A stretch of 64,000 nucleotides of DNA from an uncultured virus (IMG/VR IMGVR_UViG_3300031673_000002). Lineage: Duplodnaviria; Heunggongvirae; Uroviricota; Caudoviricetes. Position 1 is the first letter of the stretch. Every line of letters begins with the position of its first letter. Below, in pieces: positions 19,622 to 28,678 of this stretch. Made by a program: the position numbers and the translations under genes. The DNA lies in the IMG/VR virus record IMGVR_UViG_3300031673_000002. One strand, written 5' to 3'. The notes below the pieces were generated by a model. The model was not told the DNA's origin. It did no database searches and saw only the letters and a program-made list of their open reading frames with translations.

Positions 19622-21526
19622 ATGGTCCAGGCAAACTTCGATTTCCTCACGAACACGACCGGGTTCGTAACGCCCCTCGGCGGTCCAGAGGGGCAGCCTG
19701 TACCCCACTCGACGTTGTCGAGTCCCTTGGTGCTGTCTGGTACCTACGCGCGCGAGTTCCGCTGGCTGACAGGCAACAGCACGATCGAGGCGGTACTCAA
19801 CGCCACCGCTTCGGGCGGAGAAGCCTGGCTTCCCGTTTCTGACGTTCACGCCTACAGCCTGTCAATCGCGGCCCGCGTGAGCAGCACAGGGACCACCAAC
19901 AAGGGCGTAGGTCTATCCGCGAAGACCGGGCGCGTGGGTACCAACGTCGCGTTCCCCAACCTCGCTAGCGGGTACCACCTGTTCCTTGGTCGATGGAATG
20001 ACGGATCTGTCATACACGGCGTCGAGGGTGGGTTGACTTTGCTCCTGGTCGACGAGAACGCCAATGGCGCGACAGCCCGAAGCATCACTGTCGCCACTGG
20101 CCTATCGCAGGATGTCTGGCACCGCTTCCGTATGCAGGTCGTACCGAACGGCCTGTCTAAGTCGGGGTCTGCTGCCAGCATCATAGCGGGAGACATGGCC
20201 ACCAACGCGGCTGATATGCGCGTCAGTACGGGGGTACTGGGTTCCTTTACCTCTGACGTCGTAGGCAAGTTCCTCACGCTCAGCGGCACGGGGGAAGCAG
20301 AGAACACAGGCTCGTTCCTCGTCACGCGCTTCGTAACCAGCAGCGTCGTCGAGGTTCGCAACACTGCGGCGACGATTCCGGACTCGGGTAACGGTTCGAT
20401 CTCTTGGGCTACGTCAGTCCAGGACGTCATCACGGTCTATCGAGGCGTACAGAACGCGGGTGTCTACGCGAGCATCATCGCAGGCGCCCCCGCTGGCCAG
20501 ATGCGTGTGTCAGACCTCACGGGGCTCACAGCATCGAGCGTGGGGCGGCTGCTCACCATCTCGGACGCATCCTCCAGCGGGAACAACGGCTCGTTCCCCA
20601 TCGTCTCGAACTCCGAGACCGAAGCCGACGTCACGAATGCTTCCGCCGTGATCCCGGACGCGAACAACGGCAACATCGAGTGGTCGGAGCCCATGATCTG
20701 GACTGCGGTTCACACCGAAGTGGTGGACAGCAGCTACGACTACTACACGCCGTGGGCCGACTCGGTCTCCAACCGCTTTGGTATCGCGGTACACAACGCG
20801 GCGGGAGCGGGTGGCAGCCTTTACGCGGACGACTTCGTTGCCATGCGCACGCCCACCCGGCCGCCCACCAGTCACTGGAGCTTCGACGACGACGACACTT
20901 CCGGTGCGACTGCCCTTGATCGGGGTGTCCTCTACGACGGCACTATCGTCAACGCGGTGCCTGGGGCAAGCGGTCAGGTGGCCGAGGCGTACGAGTTCGA
21001 CGGCAGCGGCGACTACGTGAGCCTCGGCACTGGGGCGCTCGACTACGACTCCAGCTTCAGCGTAGCGGCTTGGGTTCTGCTCGACGTGACTGGCTCTGAC
21101 CGGCGTATCATTCAGAACCGAGGCACCGGGTCTTTCGGTACTCAGGACGGGTGGTACCTGCGTGTCGATAGCACTGACCAGGTGGAGTTCTCACTTGAGT
21201 CAGGCGGCAGCTACTCAAGCTCGGTGGCTGGAACGATTACACCTGGGGTGTGGGCGCACGTGGCTGCGACGTTCGACTCCTCGACGGGGGCCAAGCAGGT
21301 CTTCATCAACGGAGCGTTCAGCGCGTCAGACACCGTGGCGGGCCTCATCGGCGCCGACTTCACTAGCGGTAGGGAGTCGATCATCGGAGCGTCCAAGGTC
21401 AGTGCGACGATCTCGCAATCGTGGGATGGGCGACTGGATGAAGTGGCGGTGTGGGAGGGAACGATCCTCTCCGCCGACTTCATCCAGAAGCTCTACCAGC
21501 TTGGCCTCGCTGGCGGTCGTATCTAA
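19622..21526 (+). CDS. Virion structural protein with two internal repeats and a C-terminal LamG domain
   Basis: Repeats VG(K/R)xLT(L/I)S.....NxGSF....PDxxNGxIxW; HWSFDD...FDGSGDYV...WAHVAATFD...GRLDEVAVW. Confidence 0.75.
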   Translation: MVQANFDFLTNTTGFVTPLGGPEGQPVPHSTLSSPLVLSGTYAREFRWLTGNSTIEAVLNATASGGEAWLPVSDVHAYSLSIAARVSSTGTTNKGVGLSAKTGRVGTNVAFPNLASGYHLFLGRWNDGSVIHGVEGGLTLLLVDENANGATARSITVATGLSQDVWHRFRMQVVPNGLSKSGSAASIIAGDMATNAADMRVSTGVLGSFTSDVVGKFLTLSGTGEAENTGSFLVTRFVTSSVVEVRNTAATIPDSGNGSISWATSVQDVITVYRGVQNAGVYASIIAGAPAGQMRVSDLTGLTASSVGRLLTISDASSSGNNGSFPIVSNSETEADVTNASAVIPDANNGNIEWSEPMIWTAVHTEVVDSSYDYYTPWADSVSNRFGIAVHNAAGAGGSLYADDFVAMRTPTRPPTSHWSFDDDDTSGATALDRGVLYDGTIVNAVPGASGQVAEAYEFDGSGDYVSLGTGALDYDSSFSVAAWVLLDVTGSDRRIIQNRGTGSFGTQDGWYLRVDSTDQVEFSLESGGSYSSSVAGTITPGVWAHVAATFDSSTGAKQVFINGAFSASDTVAGLIGADFTSGRESIIGASKVSATISQSWDGRLDEVAVWEGTILSADFIQKLYQLGLAGGRI

Positions 21527-21918
21527 AGAAGATCCTCGTCCAATGAATTGTGCAACGTGTCTTCCAAATAATCCTTTGCATCCGCGAACATCTCTAGCGA
21601 TTCAGCGTCCGATTCTCGTAGCGTTAGCTCGAAATCGAACCCGTCAAAAGCGGGGGTCACTTCGGCCATGTAGTGTGTCCAGCCCACGTAGAATCCATCA
21701 GAATTCATGTGGTGGTAGCCGAAGTGAAGGACCAGCTTTTGTGCGCCCGATGCTTCTGCGTCCACCACGGTACCATCGTCAAAGCCACTACCGCTAGGGA
21801 GTAGGTCTTGCAATCCCCGCAGCGTTTCCTCGTGCTTAGCGGCCCATTCGTGGTTATCAGTCATCACACACCGCCGCAAAGCGGCCAGGGTAACAGCGAT
21901 TTTTTGATAGACTTTCAT
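21523..21918 (-). CDS. Phage hypothetical protein
   Basis: GGAGG SD; LPSGSGFD and HHMNSDGFYVGWT motifs. Confidence 0.7.
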   Translation of the reverse strand: MKVYQKIAVTLAALRRCVMTDNHEWAAKHEETLRGLQDLLPSGSGFDDGTVVDAEASGAQKLVLHFGYHHMNSDGFYVGWTHYMAEVTPAFDGFDFELTLRESDAESLEMFADAKDYLEDTLHNSLDEDLL

Positions 21919-21955
21919 GTGAGAGCCTCCGTGCTTACTGTCGGTTAAAGTTATG

Positions 21956-22213
21956 CTAGACGCGCCAGAGACGACCCACCATCTCCTGCCACTGATCGTG
22001 AGGTTCCTTCCTCACGTAAGCTCGCACCGCGTCGTTCCCGTCCTCCCACAAACTGTGGAGGAAGATGTCGGCGCCAGGCTGGACCATGCCTTGAGCCCTT
22101 TGTTCGAGATCGAGCAGCCGCGAAAGCTCAGCCCGCACCTCGACCTCTTCCTCTGGGAGAACCCGCATGGTCGCCGTCACCAAGATAGAGAACTCTGACT
22201 CTCGGGCGCTCAT
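21956..22213 (-). CDS. Hypothetical protein
   Basis: ATGA-coupled ORF. Confidence 0.5.
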   Translation of the reverse strand: MSARESEFSILVTATMRVLPEEEVEVRAELSRLLDLEQRAQGMVQPGADIFLHSLWEDGNDAVRAYVRKEPHDQWQEMVGRLWRV

Positions 22214-22479
22214 GGTCGGACCTCGTCTCTGAGAGAGAAGAACACGGCGCCGTTCGCGAGGCGCCAGGCAACCGCCCACAAGTCGCTGGCCGGACGGTCG
22301 TCAACCTGCGCAGCGTGGCAGAGCACCATCTCCTGGGTCAGCCGGTGGATGTCCGAATGGTCCTGCCCCTGCTTGCATGCCAGTTCCACCAGGCGACCAG
22401 CGACCTCGCCGTCGGCCCGGTGTAGCGCTTCGCGCAGACGCCGATCCGTGATGATGGGAAGGGGGATGAGGTTCTTCAT
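22210..22479 (-). CDS. Hypothetical protein
   Basis: ATGA-coupled ORF. Confidence 0.55.
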   Translation of the reverse strand: MKNLIPLPIITDRRLREALHRADGEVAGRLVELACKQGQDHSDIHRLTQEMVLCHAAQVDDRPASDLWAVAWRLANGAVFFSLRDEVRP

Positions 22480-22805
22480 GCTGCGTCTTCCTCTCCGAAC
22501 TGTTCGATGTACTCCTCGGTTTGAGAGAGCATGAGGTCGCCGTCGATGAAATCGAACACGCACTCCCAGGAGCAGCACCGCTCGTTCAAGAGGTCGATCG
22601 CGTCGTACTCCTCGCTAGCGTCGTCGCTCATATCACCGCGAAGCTCCTCGACCAGGGGACTGACCGTGTTGTCCCAGTAGGGACCGTCACCACCGCGCGG
22701 CGAGTGACGGAACATCTGGACGAGAAGATTCGCGAGACTCTCCCTGACATGCTGGTGACCGAAAGCCCCGTCGCCAAAGCATCCGAAGTCTTGTGCTGTG
22801 AACAT
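22476..22805 (-). CDS. Hypothetical acidic protein
   Basis: AGGAGG SD, GC3 bias. Confidence 0.7.
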   Translation of the reverse strand: MFTAQDFGCFGDGAFGHQHVRESLANLLVQMFRHSPRGGDGPYWDNTVSPLVEELRGDMSDDASEEYDAIDLLNERCCSWECVFDFIDGDLMLSQTEEYIEQFGEEDAA

Positions 22806-22817
22806 GACCCCTCCTAG

Positions 22818-23465
22818 TTAATAGACACGATGAGACGGGAGCTTGGTGCTGGCGATGCGGAGCCGCCGGAACGAGACGTCGATGGCTCTGAGTGTTCCCT
22901 CGTCATAAGCGGGGACATCACTGGTTGTCCATGCGAAAGGCGCGACTGGCTCCAGCAGCTTGAAGAAGCGCTCGCCCGTCGGGGCCACGAGCGTTGAGCC
23001 TTTCGGCAGCTCCTCCAAGAACGCCACGTCGAAATTCTGGTACGCAGGGTCGTCTGCGTCCGCAGCCTTGTCGGCCTCGTCGTCGACGACGAGCTGGCGT
23101 CCGTGAAGGCGGGTCTCGATCAGGCAGGCAATGTCGGTCAGCGTCGACATAGCGGCGATGAGGGTTCGAGTCTGCTCGATGCTACGGCCTGTGCCCGAGC
23201 ACGAGACCTCGAAGCGCAGCACTTCGTCACGGAAGTCTATGCTGATCTGGGGCTCGACCGACCACCCACGCTTCAGCATGAGGTAGACGGAGCCCCACCT
23301 CTTGCCGCTGGCGAACTCGCGGCGAAGCTCCTCGGGCGAGAACCACCCGACATCGATCGGGTATCCCTTGTACGTGAGGTCGCTCGTCGCGAACACCATG
23401 ACCGAATCGTAGAAGATGTGCGCGAACTCGCGAACGGTGACAGTGCGGTCTTTGTTTCTCGTCAT
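22818..23465 (-). CDS. Hypothetical protein
   Basis: Follows the promoter at 23489-23516. Confidence 0.65.
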   Translation of the reverse strand: MTRNKDRTVTVREFAHIFYDSVMVFATSDLTYKGYPIDVGWFSPEELRREFASGKRWGSVYLMLKRGWSVEPQISIDFRDEVLRFEVSCSGTGRSIEQTRTLIAAMSTLTDIACLIETRLHGRQLVVDDEADKAADADDPAYQNFDVAFLEELPKGSTLVAPTGERFFKLLEPVAPFAWTTSDVPAYDEGTLRAIDVSFRRLRIASTKLPSHRVY

Positions 23466-23488
23466 GTTGCCAACCCCTATAGGTAAAG

Positions 23489-23516
23489 ATAGTAATCCAA
23501 CCCGCCCCGCTGTCAA
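23489..23516 (-). promoter_or_regulatory. Sigma70-like promoter
   Basis: TTGACA-N16-TACTAT. Confidence 0.65.
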
Positions 23517-23533
23517 GCCCCTACAGACAGCAG

Positions 23534-24262
23534 CTAGCTGTCGAGGTAGCGCGCGATGTCGTTCACCAGGCTGATGACGGAGTTGTCGAGAAACTCTTGC
23601 GTATTGCTGCGGATGCGCTTGGCCGCGTCCACTACGGTCTTGCCCGCTGCGCCGCGAAACGAACCCAGGTCACCCTCGGCAGCAGACATGAGCGCATCAT
23701 GCAGCAGTTGGCAGTCGCTTTTGATGGAGCGCATGAGACTCGCAAGCTCCCCGAGATCCTGGTCCATTGTCACGACCAACGAGAGCGGTTCTGGGTCGCT
23801 TCTCCCAGTGACCGCAGGGTAGCCCTTGTCGAGCAGGCGCCGCGCACGGGCCTGGTAGTGCTCAACCGTGAGCTTCTCGTAGTCCGCCTTGTACGGGATG
23901 GCATAGGAGAAGCTCTCCCGGAAGTCCTGACGGTCGTAGCGCCTCTTTGCAAGCACTGGCTCCCTCATCACCGCGAGGTACTCGTCTTTGCCGCTGCCGA
24001 CGATGTGCGCGACGAGGTCGGCGAACGTGTCGTCGGAGCCCAGGTAGTCCCCGTTCGGCGACTTCTGCCAGTTGCTCAGGCGCACGACCATAGCGGCGGT
24101 GAGGTAGCCGAGACGCGCGCGCATCGCCTCTGCCTCACTTGCCAGTAGCACCCGCATGAGCATCACCTGGACCTCGTTGTAGTTCGTCGTGGCCTTCCCC
24201 CAGCCGATCTCGTCCACCCAAGCCCAGAAATGTTCCTCGGTCACCATCGTCTCGGTCGTCAT
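23534..24262 (-). CDS. DUF4240-like protein
   Basis: EEHFWAWVD...SDDTFADLVAHIVGSGKDEY pattern. Confidence 0.55.
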   Translation of the reverse strand: MTTETMVTEEHFWAWVDEIGWGKATTNYNEVQVMLMRVLLASEAEAMRARLGYLTAAMVVRLSNWQKSPNGDYLGSDDTFADLVAHIVGSGKDEYLAVMREPVLAKRRYDRQDFRESFSYAIPYKADYEKLTVEHYQARARRLLDKGYPAVTGRSDPEPLSLVVTMDQDLGELASLMRSIKSDCQLLHDALMSAAEGDLGSFRGAAGKTVVDAAKRIRSNTQEFLDNSVISLVNDIARYLDS

Positions 24263-24298
24263 GGTTCTCTCTCCGCTGTGTGGTGTGATTCGATCTGG

Positions 24299-24655
24299 TC
24301 AGATGTGCCGCATCGTGTCCGCGTTTTGCTCTTTGACAATCGCGAGGTCGAAGTCCCAGTTCCTCCAGAGGAACTCATACAGCCCGAGACGCTTGGGCAG
24401 CGGCTGGATGGTGACCGTCTTCGCCGTGATTCCGACGATAGGACCGTAGTAGCTGAGGTTGTAGCTGCCGTACTCAGCCATGTCACCAACCTTGAAGGTC
24501 ACGTCAACCTCCTTGGCTCTATACGTACCGACGAGGCGGATGCTAACCCCCGGGACGATCTCAGCGCGCATCCCCTCAGCGACCGCGCCTGGGAACGTGG
24601 TGCCCTTGCGCTTGGTGTCCCTGTCCTTGATCTCGTTGACGATGATGGTCTTCAT
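24299..24655 (-). CDS. Phage hypothetical protein
   Basis: GC3 bias; follows the promoter at 24678-24705. Confidence 0.7.
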   Translation of the reverse strand: MKTIIVNEIKDRDTKRKGTTFPGAVAEGMRAEIVPGVSIRLVGTYRAKEVDVTFKVGDMAEYGSYNLSYYGPIVGITAKTVTIQPLPKRLGLYEFLWRNWDFDLAIVKEQNADTMRHI

Positions 24656-24677
24656 TGGTGTTTTCCCCTTCTTCCCT

Positions 24678-24705
24678 ATTGTAGACACTTTGCTATCCGC
24701 GTCAA
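24678..24705 (-). promoter_or_regulatory. TAGC-class sigma70-like promoter
   Basis: TTGACG cggaTAGCaaagtgtc TACAAT. Confidence 0.7.
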
Positions 24706-24774
24706 TCATCTTTTGACACCCCGGATCAGGCAGCGGCTTCATAGGTTCTCCTCTTCTTGCTGATTGAATGTCAG

Positions 24775-25434
24775 CTAGACCTCACCTTGGTCGAACACGA
24801 TGTCCTTGCCCTTGGTCTCGGCGGGGCGGCTCGACTTCTTCGCGTAGGTGTGGACGCCGGGGAGGAACTTCTTGGCGCAGTCGGCGCCGATCCACATCCC
24901 GTGCGCAACACCGTCGTCGCCGGTCCCGGTCACGGGGACGAGGTTGGAGGCGACGACGGTCTTGTTGCACAGAGCGCAGGAGCAACCGCCGCCGAAGCGG
25001 CTGTCGAACCGAGTACCCTCCGGCCACTGGGGGTAGCCGACGGCGACCTCGCGCTCGACAAGTCCGGGGATCTTGCCTGTGCAGTACCCATACATCCGGG
25101 CGCGGCTGTTGTGGCACTTGCATGTCGGGCAGTTGCCGCGAAAGGAGTCGAGGGGGTAGCCGGTCCTCTCCCGGTGGCCCGCTGCGGCACTGTGCTCGTA
25201 CTCACTTTTGGCTTTCAGCCAGGCGTAGTAGTCGTCGCCGGCCTTGGGGGGCTTGACCACCTCGCCGTTCTCGTCCATGAGAACGACCTTGCCGCCAAGG
25301 CAGGTCGGACACTTGACCTCGCCGTCCACCAGCCGCTTCTCGATCTTCCAGAGAATGTCGGTGTGCTTCCACTGCTCCGGCGTGGTGTTCATGGCGCTGA
25401 TGGTGGTGAGGGCCTTGTCGCTGTGCTTGGTCAT
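24775..25434 (-). CDS. Multi-CxxC zinc-binding protein
   Basis: CPTC twice, CALC, IGADCAKKF. Confidence 0.7.
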   Translation of the reverse strand: MTKHSDKALTTISAMNTTPEQWKHTDILWKIEKRLVDGEVKCPTCLGGKVVLMDENGEVVKPPKAGDDYYAWLKAKSEYEHSAAAGHRERTGYPLDSFRGNCPTCKCHNSRARMYGYCTGKIPGLVEREVAVGYPQWPEGTRFDSRFGGGCSCALCNKTVVASNLVPVTGTGDDGVAHGMWIGADCAKKFLPGVHTYAKKSSRPAETKGKDIVFDQGEV

Positions 25435-25458
25435 GGCGTTCTCCCTGGTGACAGCTTT

Positions 25459-25788
25459 ATTGTAGACGCCCCGCTATGGCGTCAAGTGATCTTTGTCGAT
25501 TTCCCAAGCAACATCGCCAGGGCCAGGGCCGCCTGGGGCTCTCAGGGCGCCTCTGAGCCCCATAAGACGGCCTCCATAGTGGCACCCGGAAAAAAGAGTA
25601 CAGGGCATCCTGGGGCATCCTGCGAGGCCATCTAAGATACCGTAAACACTGGTAAAACCGACGCCAGGCAGGCGGCTTCCTGGCACGCTATATGATAGGT
25701 ATCCGAGCACGCTCCATCGCCTCTTGCCTGAGGAAATAACGAACAATCGACACAGATCCCTTGTTCGCCATAGCGTGGTGTCTATAGT
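25459..25788. repeat. Dispersed non-coding element, copy 1, with divergent promoters
   Basis: 28-nt GGCCTCCATAGTGGCACCCGGAAAAAAG (25569-25596) identical to copy 2; outward promoters at 25459-25485 (-) and 25761-25788 (+). Confidence 0.85.
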
Positions 25789-25810
25789 GATGGGGCAACA
25801 GGAGACCGAT

Positions 25811-26086
25811 ATGACCACCGGCCATGAGTTCACTTTTACCGTCCACGGCGGCGACCGAGCGACCGAGAACGCGCGCGCCCTCCTCCTCGCGCAAGCCGAT
25901 GTCGTGCGCGTCAGCATCATCAAGTGCGGCGACAAGCAGATTCTATCTGCGCTCTACGTCCACCCCCAGGACGACGACGCGAACCTCAGCAAGATGCGCG
26001 CGGGCCTCGACAGCGTGAGCGCCGCCGTCGCGAAGTCGCGTAAGGTGGTCGCCGGAAGCGTGAGGTTCGTAACGCTCAAGGATTGA
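25811..26086 (+). CDS. Hypothetical protein
   Basis: AGGAG SD, GC3 bias. Confidence 0.65.
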   Translation: MTTGHEFTFTVHGGDRATENARALLLAQADVVRVSIIKCGDKQILSALYVHPQDDDANLSKMRAGLDSVSAAVAKSRKVVAGSVRFVTLKD

Positions 26087-26108
26087 GTAAAGATCCGGTT
26101 GACAGCCG

Positions 26109-26136
26109 TTGACCCAATCTTGCCAGTGACTACAAT
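26109..26136 (+). promoter_or_regulatory. Sigma70-like promoter
   Basis: TTGACC-N16-TACAAT. Confidence 0.6.
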
Positions 26137-26188
26137 CAAGAAAGTCAGTTGAGGGCATACCGCCCGATGACGATAACAGGAGGCCACC

Positions 26189-26842
26189 GTGCCGAAGACC
26201 GCAAAAAAGACCGCCCCGAAGAAGACCGCCCCGAAGAAGACCGAGGCACCTGCCCTGGTCATCCCCCTCCTCACGAAGCCACGCGGCGGCGTAGCCAAGA
26301 AGGGAACACCGAAGGTGGAGGTCCTCGGGCACGAGAAGACTGCCGACGCCATCCGCGAGCGTCAGGTCGAGATCGACTCCCTCACCGCTGAGCAGAAGAT
26401 CGATAAGGACACCCTCGTCGGTGTCTGCGTCAAGGCGCGCATCGAGGCTGAGACGCATGGCCTCTACTCCAAGACCTGCGAGGTCGCGACCACGGGCGAC
26501 AAGCCGGTGCAGGTGGTATTCTCCGACAAATACAGCCAGATCGGGCTGGAGCACGAGACCTCCCTCAAGTCGGCGCTCGGCGACTCCTACGAGGATCTTT
26601 TCGAGCGCAAGGCGTCCGTCAAGCCTCGCGGCGAATTGAACCTCATCGAGCTTCGCATCGCGCTCGGCGACAAGTTCGACGCCTTCTGCGCCCTGTTCGA
26701 CGTGACCGAGTACCTCGGCGCGAAGAAGGGGCTGATGGACACGCGCTTCGCGCTCCGTCGCAAGCTCGACGACAACGCCAACCACGTCGTGGACGCGGTG
26801 GTCGAGCAGGTTCGCTACACTCCCGCCGTCAAGGCGAAGTGA
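26189..26842 (+). CDS. Hypothetical protein with Lys/Ala/Pro-rich N-terminal tail
   Basis: AGGAGG SD; AKKTAPKKTAPKKT; strong GC3. Confidence 0.75.
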   Translation: MPKTAKKTAPKKTAPKKTEAPALVIPLLTKPRGGVAKKGTPKVEVLGHEKTADAIRERQVEIDSLTAEQKIDKDTLVGVCVKARIEAETHGLYSKTCEVATTGDKPVQVVFSDKYSQIGLEHETSLKSALGDSYEDLFERKASVKPRGELNLIELRIALGDKFDAFCALFDVTEYLGAKKGLMDTRFALRRKLDDNANHVVDAVVEQVRYTPAVKAK

Positions 26843-27381
26843 TCGTCCTCCCCATGTACCCGCCCAAGCCCATACGTGGCTGGGCGGGTACACGTCTCCA
26901 CGATCGCCTGATCGGAGACGCGGGCTGGGTCTGTGAGCCCAAGGCGGACGGCGACCGTTGCCTTGTGTTTGCGCTTGACGACGGCATCCAGCTTTGGAGC
27001 CGCCACGGCAGGCAGCACCGCTACTCGTGGCTCGCGCCTCTTGTCGAGGAGCTTGAGGGCCTAGACCTCCCGGCTGGTACGGTGCTCGACGCGGAGTTGT
27101 TGCACGAGCCCAAGCCCCGCTGCGACCTCGTGGTGTTCGACGTAGGCTCCTCGTGGCCTCAGAGCCTCTCTGAGCGTCGTGACACCCTGGAGCGCTTCCT
27201 GGCCCGAGGAAACCCCTCGCGCGTCTCAGCGGCGCCTTGGTTGCCCAAGAGCACCGCCTACGAGGATGCCCTAGCCGCTGGTCACGAGGGCGTCGTGTTC
27301 AAGAAGCTGGACTCTCCGTACCGCTGGCAGCGCGGCGATGGTGCGAACAAGATCCCTGACTGGGTGAAGATGAAGCCGTGA
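26839..27381 (+). CDS. ATP-dependent ligase-family adenylation domain, stand-alone
   Basis: Motif I EPKADGDR, III VLDAEL, IIIa VVFDV, IV EGVVFK, V WVKMK, then stop. Confidence 0.85.
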   Translation: MIVLPMYPPKPIRGWAGTRLHDRLIGDAGWVCEPKADGDRCLVFALDDGIQLWSRHGRQHRYSWLAPLVEELEGLDLPAGTVLDAELLHEPKPRCDLVVFDVGSSWPQSLSERRDTLERFLARGNPSRVSAAPWLPKSTAYEDALAAGHEGVVFKKLDSPYRWQRGDGANKIPDWVKMKP

Positions 27382-27436
27382 GCAGGTGACGTTGCTTCTT
27401 CTGTTGGCCGACTACCAACTGAGGGCATACTTCCAC

Positions 27437-27928
27437 ATGGCTACTATCCTGACTGCTCTTGCTCTTGCTCTCCCCTCTTTCGTCCTGTGGAATCTCATCC
27501 ACGAGACGAGTCACGCTCTCTTTGCGCAGCGTCTCGCGGGCGCGGTGACAAGGATCAAACCCTGGCCACACCGGGTTCCACCGAATGGGAGTTGGGTCTT
27601 CGCGGCAACCTACTACGACAGCATCGACAAAAAGCTGTTGGCGTTGCCTAGGCGTAGGTTCTGGATCAGCCTAGCTCCGCGTATCCCTGACGCCGTGGCG
27701 TGTCTCCTGGTCCCTGTTGGCCTCTTTCTCGACGGCCCGTGGCAGGCCGCTTGGTTCGTGCTCCTGGGTGCTGGAGCCGTCGACAACATCGTGGGGATCA
27801 TCGGCGCGTCTGAGAACTCCGACTTGAAAAAGGCGGCGAACGCCTATGGCTGGAACCCTTGGCTACTCCGTCTCGTCACCGCTATTCCACTCATCTTACT
27901 AGCTGCTGCACTCACGTTACTTGCCTAG
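27437..27928 (+). CDS. Membrane zincin/M50-like metallopeptidase
   Basis: LIHETSH (HExxH) next to a TM helix, ISLAP, NSDL. Confidence 0.65.
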   Translation: MATILTALALALPSFVLWNLIHETSHALFAQRLAGAVTRIKPWPHRVPPNGSWVFAATYYDSIDKKLLALPRRRFWISLAPRIPDAVACLLVPVGLFLDGPWQAAWFVLLGAGAVDNIVGIIGASENSDLKKAANAYGWNPWLLRLVTAIPLILLAAALTLLA

Positions 27929-27983
27929 TACCAAAGGACATCGGTCTGGTACTCTAGGGAGCACACCGGGAGGGGAAGACGCA

Positions 27984-28223
27984 ATGAAGGATCGACTCGA
28001 AGCCGCAGCCGCGATGGAAGAGGCGTACCCGTATTCCTATCGGGCGCCCTATGAAGGGGTGCCACGCGACGTGATCGCCAACTTTGTCTGGGTCCCTATT
28101 AAGGAAGAGGGGGTGGCTCTTTTCATGTTTCAGCGAGAGGCTGACCGCGACGCCTTCGCCGAGCGCTTCGAGGTCGTGCCTGCGGAGCTTCCCCGCAAGA
28201 GGAGAACAGGGAAAGCCGCGTGA
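27984..28223 (+). CDS. Hypothetical protein
   Basis: GGAGG upstream; coupled to the next gene. Confidence 0.55.
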   Translation: MKDRLEAAAAMEEAYPYSYRAPYEGVPRDVIANFVWVPIKEEGVALFMFQREADRDAFAERFEVVPAELPRKRRTGKAA

Positions 28224-28633
28224 TCGCAATCCTCGAATCCCTTGGATCCCTTGGCTTTTCAAGCGCTAACTACGAGGTCATCACGACTCGGCGTTCGGGG
28301 CAGGGCACAGGGGAGACACATGTCACGAGAGTCGTGAGGAAGAACGGCGAGGTCCTCCGCCGTGATTCGTGGACCGAGGCCCCCAGTGCCTTCACTGCCA
28401 CTACACCCCCTCCGCCTGAGCTTCCCCAGCACATCAGAGAGCACGCCAGGTTCTCTGAGGTCTTCGCTACGGAACCAGACGTGCGGGGGTGGGCGCACAT
28501 CCGGGCGGAGATCGGAACGCCAGACAGAGAGCGTGAGGCACTCCTCGCTGACCTGAAGAAGTACGTCCCCAAGCGACAGCGAGGAAAGTGTCGCCGTCAT
28601 CGGACGTTCAACTGTACGATCCCCGGATGCTGA
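28220..28633 (+). CDS. Hypothetical protein
   Basis: GTGA-coupled; C-terminal CxxH-C-C. Confidence 0.5.
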   Translation: MIAILESLGSLGFSSANYEVITTRRSGQGTGETHVTRVVRKNGEVLRRDSWTEAPSAFTATTPPPPELPQHIREHARFSEVFATEPDVRGWAHIRAEIGTPDREREALLADLKKYVPKRQRGKCRRHRTFNCTIPGC

Positions 28634-28678
28634 GCATGGCTCAGCATCCGGCGATGTCGCCAACTACTTCGACGGCGA

